A stretch of 63,444 nucleotides of DNA, the filler included, from Chrysochromulina tobinii (lineage: Eukaryota), in NCBI GenBank assembly GCA_001275005.1. It is 8 parts of 8 records of this genome, joined end to end, with 100 filler letters (N's around TTAATTAATTAA, not from the genome) between each part and the next. Parts side by side here need not be neighbours in the genome. Positions count along the whole stretch, not along the records: positions 25,656 to 38,398 come from JWZX01000348.1; positions 38,499 to 41,018 come from JWZX01000349.1; positions 41,119 to 54,795 come from JWZX01000350.1; 5 more parts are not named here. One strand, written 5' to 3'. This document shows, in pieces, positions 35,187 through 46,390 of this stretch; the stretch's first letter is position 1, and each line of letters begins with the position of its first letter. The notes below the pieces were generated by a model. It ran no database searches. It saw nothing but the letters and a program-made list of their open reading frames with translations, and was not told the DNA's origin. The position numbers and the translations under genes are program-made.

Positions 35187-35865
35187 ATTCTGACCGGCGC
35201 GGCATGAACAGTCGGGCCCGGCTGGGGAATGGGAATATGCGTTATGCCCTTGTCGAAGTGCGATACGCGGTACACGCGCGGCGGCTCACGCATACGACTT
35301 CGTAACGGCCTTGACCTCGTTGAGCTCACGAGATGCGACGATGACCCACGCCAGATCATGTAGAAGAGCAGATGCTCAAACCGACAGACGAGCCCGTTTT
35401 TGTGAGACGTGCACGACCAGCACCAGGCTCTGCCGTCTGCGCGCGCCCGCGCGGGTGGGAACTGCCACCTCGTAGGTAAATTACGATTAAAAGGCGAGGC
35501 GACACCGCACGCTTCACTAAGCTAATGATTTAAGCGTAACGCCGCGCTCTAGACCGCCCATGTCGCCGGTCTTGAGCCGCCGTCGCGCCGGGGAGGGCGG
35601 AGCTCGCAACTCGATCTCTATCTCCGCAAGTTCGCTCGCCCCACAGAAATCCATGCTCCACGTCCGCAAGGAATCGGCTTGGCTCCACACGTCCACAGCC
35701 ACAATGCCCGCGAAGCATTTCGCGACAGCCGACACTGCATTACCTTGGTAATCTGCTCACTGTATGTGCCCTGAGGCTAATACTGAAGATCCTGTAGTCC
35801 TGTGCAAAATCAGTCCTGCCGAATCCTGCAATCTGTACGCTGAACCCTTATAGCCACCGCATCCC

Positions 35866-37455
35866 TCAGCGCTGAGTAATATGGCTCGAGAGCATACCTC
35901 CCTTACCGTAGATTCGCAAGGCCAGGCCGATTAAGATCGAAAAGTTGAGGACGCCGAAGCTCGACATGACCCCAACAAGGCCGAGGCCCTGGCGCATCGC
36001 AAGGTCGAGGCTGAGTATTGTGAGGACCTGGGCGACCACGTTCGTCTTCCAAAGGACACCCCACTTCCCAATACCCATCGCCGTGCCCTCCATCGCACAG
36101 CATGCGGGGTTGGTAATCTGGATGAGCGCGCCCACCACGACGGCGGGAGCGGCGGCGGCCTGGATGGCGGCGTTGGGCGTGAAGAGCCGAAGCAGGTGGG
36201 GAAGGGCCGTCAGCTGTGCTGTGCAGACCAAGCAGCCGAGCACCACGCTCCAGCCCAAGACACGCTTGGACGCCAAGGCGGCCTCGTTCACCGAGATTGC
36301 GGCACGCGAGGCGACGTAGGCTGAGGAGGTTGCCTGCATGGCTTGGCTTACCGTCTCCCCCAGGAAGTAGAGAGTCATCGCGATCGAGTAGGCAGCTCCA
36401 GTGAGACCGGAGATGTCCATCGACTGAGCAGCTTTCGTACGCGCAAGCATGATCAACATGAGCGTCACGTCCGTCACTGGCAGCCCCATCACATCCAGTG
36501 CAGCCCGCCTCGAACGAGAGTTTGTCTTGCTCATGCTCGTCTTCGTACCGGTGCCGGGACTTGGCTGTGCTTCGCCGTTGTCCGTCACGGATTCAGCCAC
36601 ACCGGCCGCGAGCAAAGGCCCCACCGTCCTCAAGTTGGGAGGCGTTAGGATACCCTTCAGCGACGCCATCCGCAGGCGCAGGAGCAGCACAAAGTACATG
36701 CATGCAGAGCAAATCTCTGAGACTGCCGTGGCAAGAGCTGCACCAGTCACACCGAGCCCGCCGCCAAACATCAGGATGGGGTCCAGCACCAGGTTGAGGA
36801 GGTTTGAGGCGCACGCGATCCCGAGCGGAGTCACGGCGTCCAGCGTCCCTCGAAAGGCGGCGAACGACACGGCGGAGAAGGCTGCTGGCACAGCGCTAAG
36901 TGACCGCAGCCGTAAGTACTGCGCCGCGAATGGGGCTGCCAACGCTCCTTCTGGAAGCACGAAGCTCAGGATCTTTTGCGGCCATCCCACGAGGACGACC
37001 ATGCCAACAAACCCAAGCGCGCACGCAACGAAGAGCGAGTTGCACGTGCGGTCGTGCACGCCTTCAACGTCGCCAGCTGCATGCGCTCGCGCCACCAACG
37101 GGGTCGTCACCTTCGGAACAAAGATTAGGATGTTGAAGAGGGAATTGAAAACTTGATTCGCAACGCCCTGTCCGGCCAGCGACACGGCGTCGCCAAGCCT
37201 TCCAACCCAAAAGGTATCGACGGCTCCTGTGAGCGGCACCACGGCGAGGTTTCCCAACGAAGGAGCGTACAGACTCATGATTTGCTTGTCCATCGCGTCA
37301 CCTCGAGGGAGCCAATCTGGGAGTTTGCGCTTTGCGGTGCTGCCTCCTGGCGGTACGCCGCTCATTCGAGGTCTCGCTCGGACCAGTCCTTGGCTGACGA
37401 ATACACCCTCGTGAAGCGCAGCAGCACATAAGAGCGCCACAAGCGCACACGGCAT
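35866..37455 (-). CDS. MATE family efflux transporter with N-terminal targeting peptide
   Basis: PLTGAVDTFWVGRLG, TTPLVA, FRGTLDAVTPL, NLVLDPILMF, GVTGAALAT and about 12 hydrophobic segments. Confidence 0.9.
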   Translation of the reverse strand: MPCALVALLCAAALHEGVFVSQGLVRARPRMSGVPPGGSTAKRKLPDWLPRGDAMDKQIMSLYAPSLGNLAVVPLTGAVDTFWVGRLGDAVSLAGQGVANQVFNSLFNILIFVPKVTTPLVARAHAAGDVEGVHDRTCNSLFVACALGFVGMVVLVGWPQKILSFVLPEGALAAPFAAQYLRLRSLSAVPAAFSAVSFAAFRGTLDAVTPLGIACASNLLNLVLDPILMFGGGLGVTGAALATAVSEICSACMYFVLLLRLRMASLKGILTPPNLRTVGPLLAAGVAESVTDNGEAQPSPGTGTKTSMSKTNSRSRRAALDVMGLPVTDVTLMLIMLARTKAAQSMDISGLTGAAYSIAMTLYFLGETVSQAMQATSSAYVASRAAISVNEAALASKRVLGWSVVLGCLVCTAQLTALPHLLRLFTPNAAIQAAAAPAVVVGALIQITNPACCAMEGTAMGIGKWGVLWKTNVVAQVLTILSLDLAMRQGLGLVGVMSSFGVLNFSILIGLALRIYGKGGMLSSHITQR

Positions 37456-37655
37456 TCAAGCTCCGGAGATCGCGACCCACTCTCTCGGCGGCGTCGCTGT
37501 GAAAAACAACCGTTTGCTGTGAAATCGATTTTTGGAAACTGCACAGCTCTTTTCTCTCGAATCCAGGGTTCGTGAGACAAAGAATAAATTTGCCGCATGC
37601 ATGAGTCAAATGCTTCATGTAGCTGTTGGGGCAGCTCCGACGGTTTTAACACGCC

Positions 37656-38398
37656 ATGAAGTTGCCCTCTTTCGTAGCGGCACTTCGCCTTGCGCTCGCG
37701 CACGCCTTCGGCGGCCTCACCCACAATGCCCACCAGGACAGCAGCGGGAGCGCCGGCGTCTCGGCGCCGCTTCCAGTGTTTGAGCGCCCCGGCGACCAAG
37801 AGATTCCGCGCGGCTGGGACGAGGTCCGTCTGAACCCGCTCAAGGCGACGGCAGTCATAGGCAACGCACGCGTCAACATCTGGGCGTGGACGCTCCCGCC
37901 GCCGCCGCCGCCCCTCCCGCCAAATGCCCTGGACGATGGCAGTGAGTGCTGCGATTCGTACACGCTCGGCGTGTGCGATTCGTGCAACTCTCTCACGTGC
38001 CTGAATTGCTGCGAGCACGTCGATGTTGCTCCAGCACCCTCGCCGCCTCCCGCGCCGCCGCCGTGCATGCCACCATCGCCGCCGCCAATGCCACCGCGCC
38101 CGTCCCCGCCGCCCTTGTCGCCACCCAGCCCGCCGCCTTCGCCACCGCCACCTAAGCGGCCACCTTCGCCACCGAGCCCACCTTCAAGCCCTCCTCCACC
38201 GCCGCCCTCGCCCCAACCGCCACCCTTCCCGCCCAATTCATCGCCACCGCCGCCGCCGCCGCCGCCGCCCATGGCACCCACCTCGCCCTTGCCGCCGCCA
38301 CCGCCAAGCCCGCCTTTCGCCCCACCTCCTCCACCTCCTGCGCCATCGCCTCCGCCATCGCCGCCGTCGCCCCCCGTCCACCGCCGTCGCCGCCGCCA
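37656..38398 (+). CDS. Secreted Pro-rich protein, 3'-truncated
   Basis: Signal-peptide-like MKLPSFVAALRLALAHA, a Cys cluster, and an SPPP tract running into the gap. Confidence 0.7.
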
Positions 38399-38525
38399 NN
38401 NNNNNNNNNNNNNNNNNNNNNNNNNNNNNNNNNNNNNNNNNNTTAATTAATTAANNNNNNNNNNNNNNNNNNNNNNNNNNNNNNNNNNNNNNNNNNNNGG
38501 AGAGCCGTCTGGAACTATCGAGTCC

Positions 38526-41018
38526 ATGACGTCTACAACGCCACTCACGATGGTAGCGGTGGGGTCCGATCCGAAGCAGAGAGCTACGGAAGCGACGACC
38601 AAAATTGCTGCAGTAGCAGCAACCTACGAGCTGCGCAAGTCAGGCAGGACCATAGGTTCGTGGCATGCGCGGGCAGCGCCGAAAGATCGCGAGCGATGGA
38701 CCGAGGAGGTCCAAGAGAACATGCGTACGGCGGCGCCGGTCATCCCGGCGTTCATCCTCAATGGTCCACCAACGATGGAACGAGTCTCGACTATCTACAA
38801 GGGCGCTTCGCAAGAGGCAATCGCTGCGCACTACGCAGCAGCGATGCTGGAGTACCAGGTGTACAACACGGCGTTCTGGGACGCCATCGAACCTTCTCTT
38901 CGGTTCGAAGGCGCGTACGAGGCGATGGACCGCCTTCAGAAGAAGGAATTCATGAACAACGACTTGCGAGATGGAGTGGGCCTGTACAACTACGTACGGG
39001 AGCTCACGAGCGTGAACCCGATCGATCGGCAGATCGAGGCCATGCAGGCCCTGGCCTCGCATGGAAAGCTGCCCAGTGGTGCCAAGGTGACCCTGGTGCA
39101 GGTCGACCAGCACACCAACGGGCTGCTCGCAAAGTGGCTCGCCGTGCAGCGATCCGATGCGACGCCGGACGTGCTCGACTTCCGCACGCGTTTGATCGCG
39201 TCCCTGCCAGATGAGCCGTTCTCCGACAAGGTGGTCAGCATTCGGCTGCACCTGGTCGACATGTGCAACGCGAACCACGACGAGACGAAGACGCCGCAAG
39301 GCCTCGTCCGCATCGTCGCAAAGCGTGCCCGTGAGCTCGGGCTGCCGGCTGGCTCGGTGCTGGATGACGTCGTCGCCCCGCTGATCAAGACCAAGAAGGG
39401 CGACGAGAAGACCAAGAAGGGCGACGGCAAGGACGGGAAGCCGCCCGCGGACGAGAAGAGCAATCGACGGCCGCGCGCGGGCAAGAATGACTGCGACTTC
39501 TGCATCCTCGACCTCTGCCGATCCAAGGAGTGGTCGAAGGGCAAGGATGCGAAGAAGCACTGCTTGGTGTGCAGCTTTTGCGACCCGACCAAGACCATCC
39601 CGCACTACCCGGCGAAAGGCTCGACAGGCGCGCCAACAAGAACGGAGCTCATGGCCCTCACAGTGTGCCAGGCGGCGCTGCGCCTCGACCCGAAGATCGA
39701 CCTGAAGAAGCAGACGATTGCGTACTGTCGCAAGCTCACTGAGGACGCGGACGGTACCAAGAAGCCCGACGAAGTGGCCGCGCCGCTTGTGTCTATGGAG
39801 GCGCTCGAGATGCTCATGGACGAGCACGGTCAAGAGGTTACTGACCCGGCAGAGTTTGTCGCATGGGCAAAGAGCCTCGGCATCGACCTCTGTGCGCCAC
39901 TGATTACTACCCTCGGGGCAGTCGAGGAGGCGGAAGAGGTCACCGCAGAAGCGAAGGAGCAAGCCGCGGCCACGCCTAGCTACGGATGGGTGCAGGACAG
40001 CCCAGTCGACGCCACGCCGGCGTCGACAGGTCCGCAGATCATCGCTAAGCAGGCGGCCGAACTGCGGCAGATGCAGGAGCAGCTCGACCAAGCGCAGGCG
40101 CAGCTCCGAGCGCAAGAATCGGCGCTTCGGGCGGCGCAGGAGCTCGCGCCCGCGCCGCCGGCGGCACCGCGCACGCGAGAGCCCGCTGAGCATCTGCGGC
40201 CGGTTCAGCCAATGACCCCGGTTGTATCGTCGGCGCTCGCTGCGCTGCATGCGGCTACCCCGATCAGTAGCCTGGGGCGTGCGCTCGCGCCGGTGCCCGA
40301 GGAGTCGCTCGTGTCGACGCGAGGCGAGTCCAAGTCGAAGAGCAACCTCGAGATCCAGAGTGTCTCGTACACCGAGGCGTTTGCGCGCGGGGTGGCATAC
40401 CAAGCGCAGGCGCACATGGAAATGGAGCGACGCCTCGTCGCGCTGCAGAACAAGCTCAAAGACCGCACGTGGTCGTGGCCGCTGGCGTACCTGCTCAAGC
40501 TCCCGCTGACGATGACGCAGGCGATGCTCGCGGCGATCAAGGCACTTCAAGCGTCGACCACTGGGTCGGCAGAGAAGACGTTGCTGTGGGGCATCATCCT
40601 GACGCTCGCCATTGACAAGTTCGGCGTGCGGGTGACTCCAGCGGTACGCGCGATGCTCATGTACGCGACCCGGACAATACTCGGCATGCTCGGCGTGCTC
40701 GGGCAGCGCCTCGTCTCTATGTCCAAGCGAGGCGTTTCGGCGGTGCTCGCGCAGATTCTGGCGTCGTTTGCCTCGGTGCTCTCGACTCTCAGCGCCTCGA
40801 TGTCCCCAACTCTGACTGAGGTTGCGCCGGCACAGCGCGAGCACTCTGAGGCGGCACACGTCATTGCGCAGATCCACGAGCACATGCTATCGCCGCTCGT
40901 CACCGTCGTCGTGCCGGTCGGCAATCTGGATGGCACCATCGACACCTCAGTGCCCGGGGTGGAGCAGATCATCTGGGTCGAGGGTCGCGCCGACGAGCCG
41001 GGAGGGTCGAGTGACGAA
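38526..41018 (+). mobile_element. Intronless ORF of more than 830 aa, possibly a retroelement Gag-like polyprotein; 3'-truncated
   Basis: Helical N-terminal region, Lys-rich linker, Cys/His cluster (CDFC....C...HCLVCSFC), coiled coil, hydrophobic segments. No pol motifs are visible, so the call is inferred. Confidence 0.4.
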
Positions 41019-41118
41019 NNNNNNNNNNNNNNNNNNNNNNNNNNNNNNNNNNNNNNNNNNNNTTAATTAATTAANNNNNNNNNNNNNNNNNNNNNNNNNN
41101 NNNNNNNNNNNNNNNNNN

Positions 41119-41206
41119 CCCTAACCCTAACCCTAACCCTAACCCTAACCCTAATCCTAACCCTAACCCTAACCCTAACCCTAACCCTAACCCTAACCCT
41201 AACCCT
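41119..41206. repeat. Telomeric repeat (CCCTAA)n, about 14.5 units, at contig start
   Basis: Direct read. One TCCTAA variant. Orientation is that of a left chromosome end. Confidence 0.95.
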
Positions 41207-42878
41207 CTATGTGGACACCGTGCTGCCGGCGATCAGCGCCGCCGACGCTGACCGCCGGCCCGTGGTCGACACAAGCCCCTCGAATGGTCTCCTCTCGCGC
41301 GAGCCGTACGTGAAGCGCTGGGGGGCGACCTCGAGCCAGGCGGACGCGGCGGCGGGCGCATGGGGCGACATCCATTACTACAATTCTGCCGCCGACTGCG
41401 AGGACCCATCCACCTACCCTTCCGCTCGTTTTGTATCGGAGCATGGGTTCCAAGCCTTCCCCGCCATGGCCGCCTATGAGGCGGTCTCCGCGCCTGCCGA
41501 CTGGTCGCGTGAGTCGAGCCTGGTGCGCTGGCGGATGCGCCACCCGGACGGCGACGCACAGGCCCTCGCGATGCTCCGACGCCACTTCCGCGTTCCGCCG
41601 GCCAACGCGTCGCACGCGGCCGCCGCGCACGCCGCCTCGCACGCCGCCTCGCACGCCGCCTCGCACACCGCCCCGCACGCCGCCGGTTCCACCGTGCGGC
41701 GGCTCGTTAGCGAGATGGAGCGAGCTCAAGGTGTGAATTTACAGCGACGGCTCTTTGGCGAGATGGAGCGAGCTCAAGGTGTGAATTCACAGCGACGGCT
41801 CTTTGGCGAGATGGAGCGAGCTCAAGGTGTGAATTCACAGCGACGGCTCTTTGGCGAGATGGAGCGAGGCTTCCCGCCGCCACCGCTGCCGCCGCCGATG
41901 ATGACGATGCCCAATCCGCCGTCAGAGCTCTCCCCACAGCCGCCGCCGCCCGCCACGCTGCCTCCACCGCCGCCCACGCGCGGCTGGTCATCATGGGGGC
42001 AACGCCGGCTGTTTGACGAGTATCTCTTCCTGACGCAAGCGCAGCAGGCGCGTTGTTACGAGGTTGCCTTTGGGCGCTGGCGCCGCGACCGCGGGCGCGC
42101 CGCCTTTACGATGGGCATTCTCTATTGGCAGCTGAATGCGATCTGGCCAGGGCCTGATTGGGCCACGATCGAGTACGACGGCCGACTGCGCTTAAGCCAT
42201 TACTCGGTGGCGCGCGCCTTCGCCCCTCTCGCGCTCTCTGTGGAGCTCGATGTGGCAGACGACGGCAGCGCGCTCGATGGCCGGCTGCGCGTGCATGCCG
42301 CAAGCGATCTACCCGGCGCCGTCGCGGGCACTCTGCGCGTGGACGTACACCTGTGGGCGACGGCGCCCGCATGGCCGGCACACTCGCTCGAGCTGCCCGT
42401 TAGCATCGCAGCCGAGGCGTCGGCGATCGTTCACGAGGTGAGCTTGGTTGCACTCGGGCTCGGCCCAGGCGCAAAGATCGCCCGCGACGACGCCTTCGTG
42501 CGCCTCAGCTTCGAGCCGAACGACGCAAGCGCCGCCCCGGGCGCCGTGCCAAGCACTGGTCGCGTCTTCGTAGACGTGTGGCTGACCCCCTTCAAGAGCG
42601 CGCGGATGACGCGGGCACAACCCGCGATCGTGAGCCTCGCACAGACGTCGCTGACGCGCGCTGTCTTGCGCATCCTCTCAAATGCCACTGCCGCCCTCGT
42701 CGCCGTCGAGAGCGATGCCGTGGTGGGCGCCTTTAGCGACGGCGCTTTCACATTGCTCGCTGGCGAAGTGCGCGAGCTCACCTTTGAGGCGCGTGCGCCC
42801 TTTGCGCTCGAGCAGATGCGCCAAGGGCTGTCCGTGCGCTCGGTGTGGGATACGTACGAGGGCGAGGAGGCAACATGA
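41205..42878 (+). pseudogene. C-terminal half of a GH2 beta-mannosidase, beginning abruptly at the telomere
   Basis: LYVDTV...SPSNG, GDIHYY, RFVSEHGFQ, MGILYWQLNAIW, WATIEYDG, FSDGAFTL. The upstream part, including the GNNE acid/base motif, is missing. Confidence 0.75.
41697..41868 (+). repeat. 48-bp tandem repeat (about 3.5 copies) inside the mannosidase ORF, preceded by 12-bp repeats
   Basis: GCGAGATGGAGCGAGCTCAAGGTGTGAATTCACAGCGACGGCTCTTTG units. Confidence 0.9.
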
Positions 42879-43041
42879 GCCGTGAAACGGCTGACAGGGT
42901 GAGTGGTTTTTTTCCTAGTACCGAACGCGAGTAACATTAAGAGTACATAGAGCGACACCATCATCACGCATCAGATCGGATCACATTGTCACATCACCTC
43001 CGTGCTCAGACTCGAGTCAACCGAGTAAACGATACTTCGCG

Positions 43042-43866
43042 ATGCACGGCAGATACATGTACTCCGTAACGCGTTTCAAGAGATCCTTTGATCTACACGA
43101 GTCGCACGTTTGTGATGCGGGGAGATTGATTGTGAGTGTGAAACTTACGCGGACTGATGTTGTTGTTGAAAGGCCTCCTCGTGGCCAGCCTGCTCCCGCA
43201 GCTGATCATCGCGAGCAACCTCGTGCGAGTGGACGCGCTGCTCGTCACGCGTGGCCTCTGCTCCTCTCGTGCGGTGCGCTTGCCTGCGCTCCCGAACTGC
43301 GATCGGCCTCCACCTTATCGCTGACTTACCGCCACGAACCCTCGCAGGCAGCAAAGGCAGCAATCCAAGCGGGCAAGGTCACCTCGAGATCGGGTGCGGT
43401 GATTCGCAAGGCATCCATCGAAATCGCCGAGGATGCTGCGCTCAACATCCTTGGCGACAGCGCAGCCGCTGATGGTAGCGAACAACCTATGGCGGCAGCG
43501 GCACTGATAGATGCTGGCAGTGTGACCCTGCCAGCAGTTGAAGGGCCGACAGCTCAGTCCGCGAAACCAAAGAGCGCGCGCGTACTGACCGCTGCCGGCG
43601 AGGCCGCGCTCAAGCTGACCCTCGAAGCGGCTGAGTCCGTCACGCGACGAAGCACTGCGGCATCGCGAGCGGCCAAGCATCAGAATGCTCGGAGAGACGG
43701 CATAGGAAGTGAGGCGCAGGTGCACCAGCGAGGCGCCAACAGCCTGATGGGACAATACATGTCGACAGCCGATGGCACCGGGAAAGCCAAGCACTTTTCG
43801 AAGAAGAATAAGGCAGGGACCGCCGCGGCCGCCGCAGCCGCGCGCGGACTGGGACTCACATCCTGA
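43042..43866 (+). CDS. Hypothetical protein
   Basis: 274-aa ORF with a coding-like, Lys/Ala-rich 3' half. No recognisable motif; start and introns unresolved. Confidence 0.3.
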   Translation: MHGRYMYSVTRFKRSFDLHESHVCDAGRLIVSVKLTRTDVVVERPPRGQPAPAADHREQPRASGRAARHAWPLLLSCGALACAPELRSASTLSLTYRHEPSQAAKAAIQAGKVTSRSGAVIRKASIEIAEDAALNILGDSAAADGSEQPMAAAALIDAGSVTLPAVEGPTAQSAKPKSARVLTAAGEAALKLTLEAAESVTRRSTAASRAAKHQNARRDGIGSEAQVHQRGANSLMGQYMSTADGTGKAKHFSKKNKAGTAAAAAAARGLGLTS

Positions 43867-44354
43867 CGACGAACGTGAGAGTCTCTTGAGGTCCTGAGTG
43901 ATAACTGAGCTCTGACAGAGAGTGAGACTGAGTATACATCTATACAGCTGCACAGTACTGAGAAAGCCCCGCACTTACATGTCATAGGTTTAAAACTGAG
44001 AGAGGACGACCGCACGCCGCGGCGCGCCCCAAGGCCGCCGCCCACCGCGCGCGCGACGAACGACAGAATGTCTAACGTAACAAATCTGCATTATGCGCAT
44101 ACGCGAGATGGAGATGTCAATGGAGATGCGACAGGACCCCGCGCCCCGAGCAGATACGCCACGCCGTCATGGCGTCATGACGTACGCCGTAAAACTAGAC
44201 ACATGAAGCTCGCAAACTAAGTGACAAATTCACGACAGACCGCACACACACCAGCGCCCACGCCCGGTGTCCCACCTTGGTCCCCCGAGGCTCACCCGGC
44301 CGACGAAGCGCCACGCGCCGTCATTTCACTTCATTTTCTGACACCGCGTGGGTC

Positions 44355-45056
44355 TCACGAGGCGAGATAGAGCCGCTGCGCAAAGCCAACGCCTATACCC
44401 TCCTTGGCTGCCGCCGAGATGGGCGCCTTGCCGAGGTAGATGTCGAAGAAAGCATTGCACGTGCCCTTTTCCTTGAGCGTCGCCTGTGCGTCAGGCGTGC
44501 CGCCGCCGATCGAGAGCGCCTCGCCCTTGCACATAAAATACAGCTTGGCGCCTTTGGCCACCTCCTCCCCGCAGATCTTGAGCAGAGCCACGCGGAACTT
44601 ATCGACGGTCGCCGCCGGAACACGCTTGGCAAGCGACTCGGCGAGCGCCTCAGCCACCGCCTGCGCCGACACGGCGCGGTGGAATTGCAGGAACAGCGTC
44701 TTGGCAAACAAGCCGGTTGCAAGGGCGTCGTACAAGGCAGGTTGCTTTGCACTCCCGGCAAACTTTTTGAGCGATCCAGCGGCGCCGCGGCTATCGACGT
44801 AGAGGGCGACCGCATAGACCTTGGCGACGTTGTACTTGGTGCGCGTGCCACCACCCGTAAGCTGCTGGAGCACGCCGCCCATCTTGAGGTCTGGCGGGAA
44901 GAAGATACCATCGATTGAGATGCCGTCGCCGCCCTCGGAGCTGCTCGTTCCCATCGAGTAGCGCAATGCGACTGCAGTCAGACCAACGATGAGAATATTT
45001 CTCCATGGTGCAAAGGTCCACTCAACCTTCTCACCAAACGTTCCTTTGGTCGCCAT
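44355..45056 (-). CDS. Chalcone-isomerase-fold protein (fatty-acid-binding FAP-like)
   Basis: GGGTRTKY..AKVYAVALYV, LFLQFHR, AFFDIYLGKAPISAAAK. Confidence 0.8.
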   Translation of the reverse strand: MATKGTFGEKVEWTFAPWRNILIVGLTAVALRYSMGTSSSEGGDGISIDGIFFPPDLKMGGVLQQLTGGGTRTKYNVAKVYAVALYVDSRGAAGSLKKFAGSAKQPALYDALATGLFAKTLFLQFHRAVSAQAVAEALAESLAKRVPAATVDKFRVALLKICGEEVAKGAKLYFMCKGEALSIGGGTPDAQATLKEKGTCNAFFDIYLGKAPISAAAKEGIGVGFAQRLYLAS

Positions 45057-45321
45057 GTTGCACCGCCGATCCGCGGGTTCCGCCGATCTCGCCCGCATCC
45101 CCGATGCCGCAAGAAACGTCATTTGCACACAAAGTCATACACGACGTGTGCACGTGAAAGAGTATATGTACATGCTTGCCGCACGAGCCAGTCGCAGCGC
45201 TCGCTTTGTGCCGAGATGACATGCGAGAACACGCAAAATCCCTCTTGACACTCTAGTCCGTCGGAGCGCCCCGTGTGCACGCCCGTCGCTCGTGCGCGGC
45301 GAGGGATCTTCAAAGTCTACC

Positions 45322-45870
45322 ATGAACGTGGACGACATGGCGGTCATGATGGACCTGCTCGACGCGGACGGCGATGGCAAAGTGAGCAAGGCGGAATTCG
45401 GAGCGTACTACAAGCGACTGCACCATTGCGATGATGCCACCGTCGACGCGGTGTGGCGTGCGATAGACCGCGATGGCGATGGCAATCTCACGCTCAAGGA
45501 ACTTTGCGACTATTTTGGCATCAGCGCGAACGAGTGCAGCAGCACGATGAAGGCGCAACGTGAGATGGACGACGACCGTGTCCTCGAGGCGCTGCAGCTG
45601 CAATCGTTGATCAACGAGGAGAGGGCGAAGCAGCGGCATAAGGAGACTGCGCACGCAGCTCGGTTCCGTGCCCTGGCAGATCTCGCGGAGGAGATGGCGG
45701 TCGAGGACGAGGGCGCGATGGCGTCGCCCGCGGTGTCGTCCAAGCCGTCCGCCACGGCCTCGCCACCAATGACGATGGAGGAACTCACGCGGCAGGCGAG
45801 GCGCAGAGGCGCCGAGGAGCCTACCTGGCGTTGGAAGAGCCCACCTGGCGGCGGCGCCTTATCGTTTTGA
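45322..45870 (+). CDS. EF-hand calcium-binding protein
   Basis: Canonical loops DADGDGKVSKAE and DRDGDGNLTLKE. Confidence 0.85.
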   Translation: MNVDDMAVMMDLLDADGDGKVSKAEFGAYYKRLHHCDDATVDAVWRAIDRDGDGNLTLKELCDYFGISANECSSTMKAQREMDDDRVLEALQLQSLINEERAKQRHKETAHAARFRALADLAEEMAVEDEGAMASPAVSSKPSATASPPMTMEELTRQARRRGAEEPTWRWKSPPGGGALSF

Positions 45871-46143
45871 GATCTATTTGAGATCAGCATGGGATGGCAG
45901 ACGGGGTAGGGGGTTACCAATGTTAACATGATTTCACCGATAGCGCGATATCAAGCGATATCCACAAGAATACATGGTTTTAGCCTTTCACGGGCGGGTG
46001 GTTCCCCAGAACACGGGGGCTTCGCCCCGGGTTTTACACTAAGTGGTCACATCCGCCGCGCTGCAATTGCCGCGCTGTGATTTCATTATGATTTCAACGA
46101 CTCGAACCGTACCGGTATCTAAGTAACTGCACAGACACGACCT

Positions 46144-46220
46144 TCAAGTTCAAGAGCACATTCGATATGCTTCCTTTAGGACTTAGGTTGTCTGTTGTTT
46201 ATGTAGTAACTTGAACTTGA
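46144..46220. mobile_element. 77-bp miniature inverted-repeat element
   Basis: 11-bp TIRs TCAAGTTCAAG / CTTGAACTTGA, flanked by a perfect 9-bp direct repeat ACACGACCT (46135-46143, 46221-46229). Confidence 0.8.
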
Positions 46221-46390
46221 ACACGACCTTCTCCTAAATTGTATTTCGTTTCACACATCTTTCGAACGGTTTCACAAGGTGTGTGTATCCTGAGCGGGCA
46301 GTAACAGTGCCGTAGCACCGGTTGTCGCGTCTGACGTGTTAACGTTCACAGAGCCGTAGAGCACCGTGGCACCGCAGGAGTCGTCTACCA

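Noticed and set aside
38640..40883. 747-aa antisense ORF (also 4198-5937, 13671-14603 and similar)
   Set aside because: Shadow ORFs expected from high-GC codon usage; no motifs.
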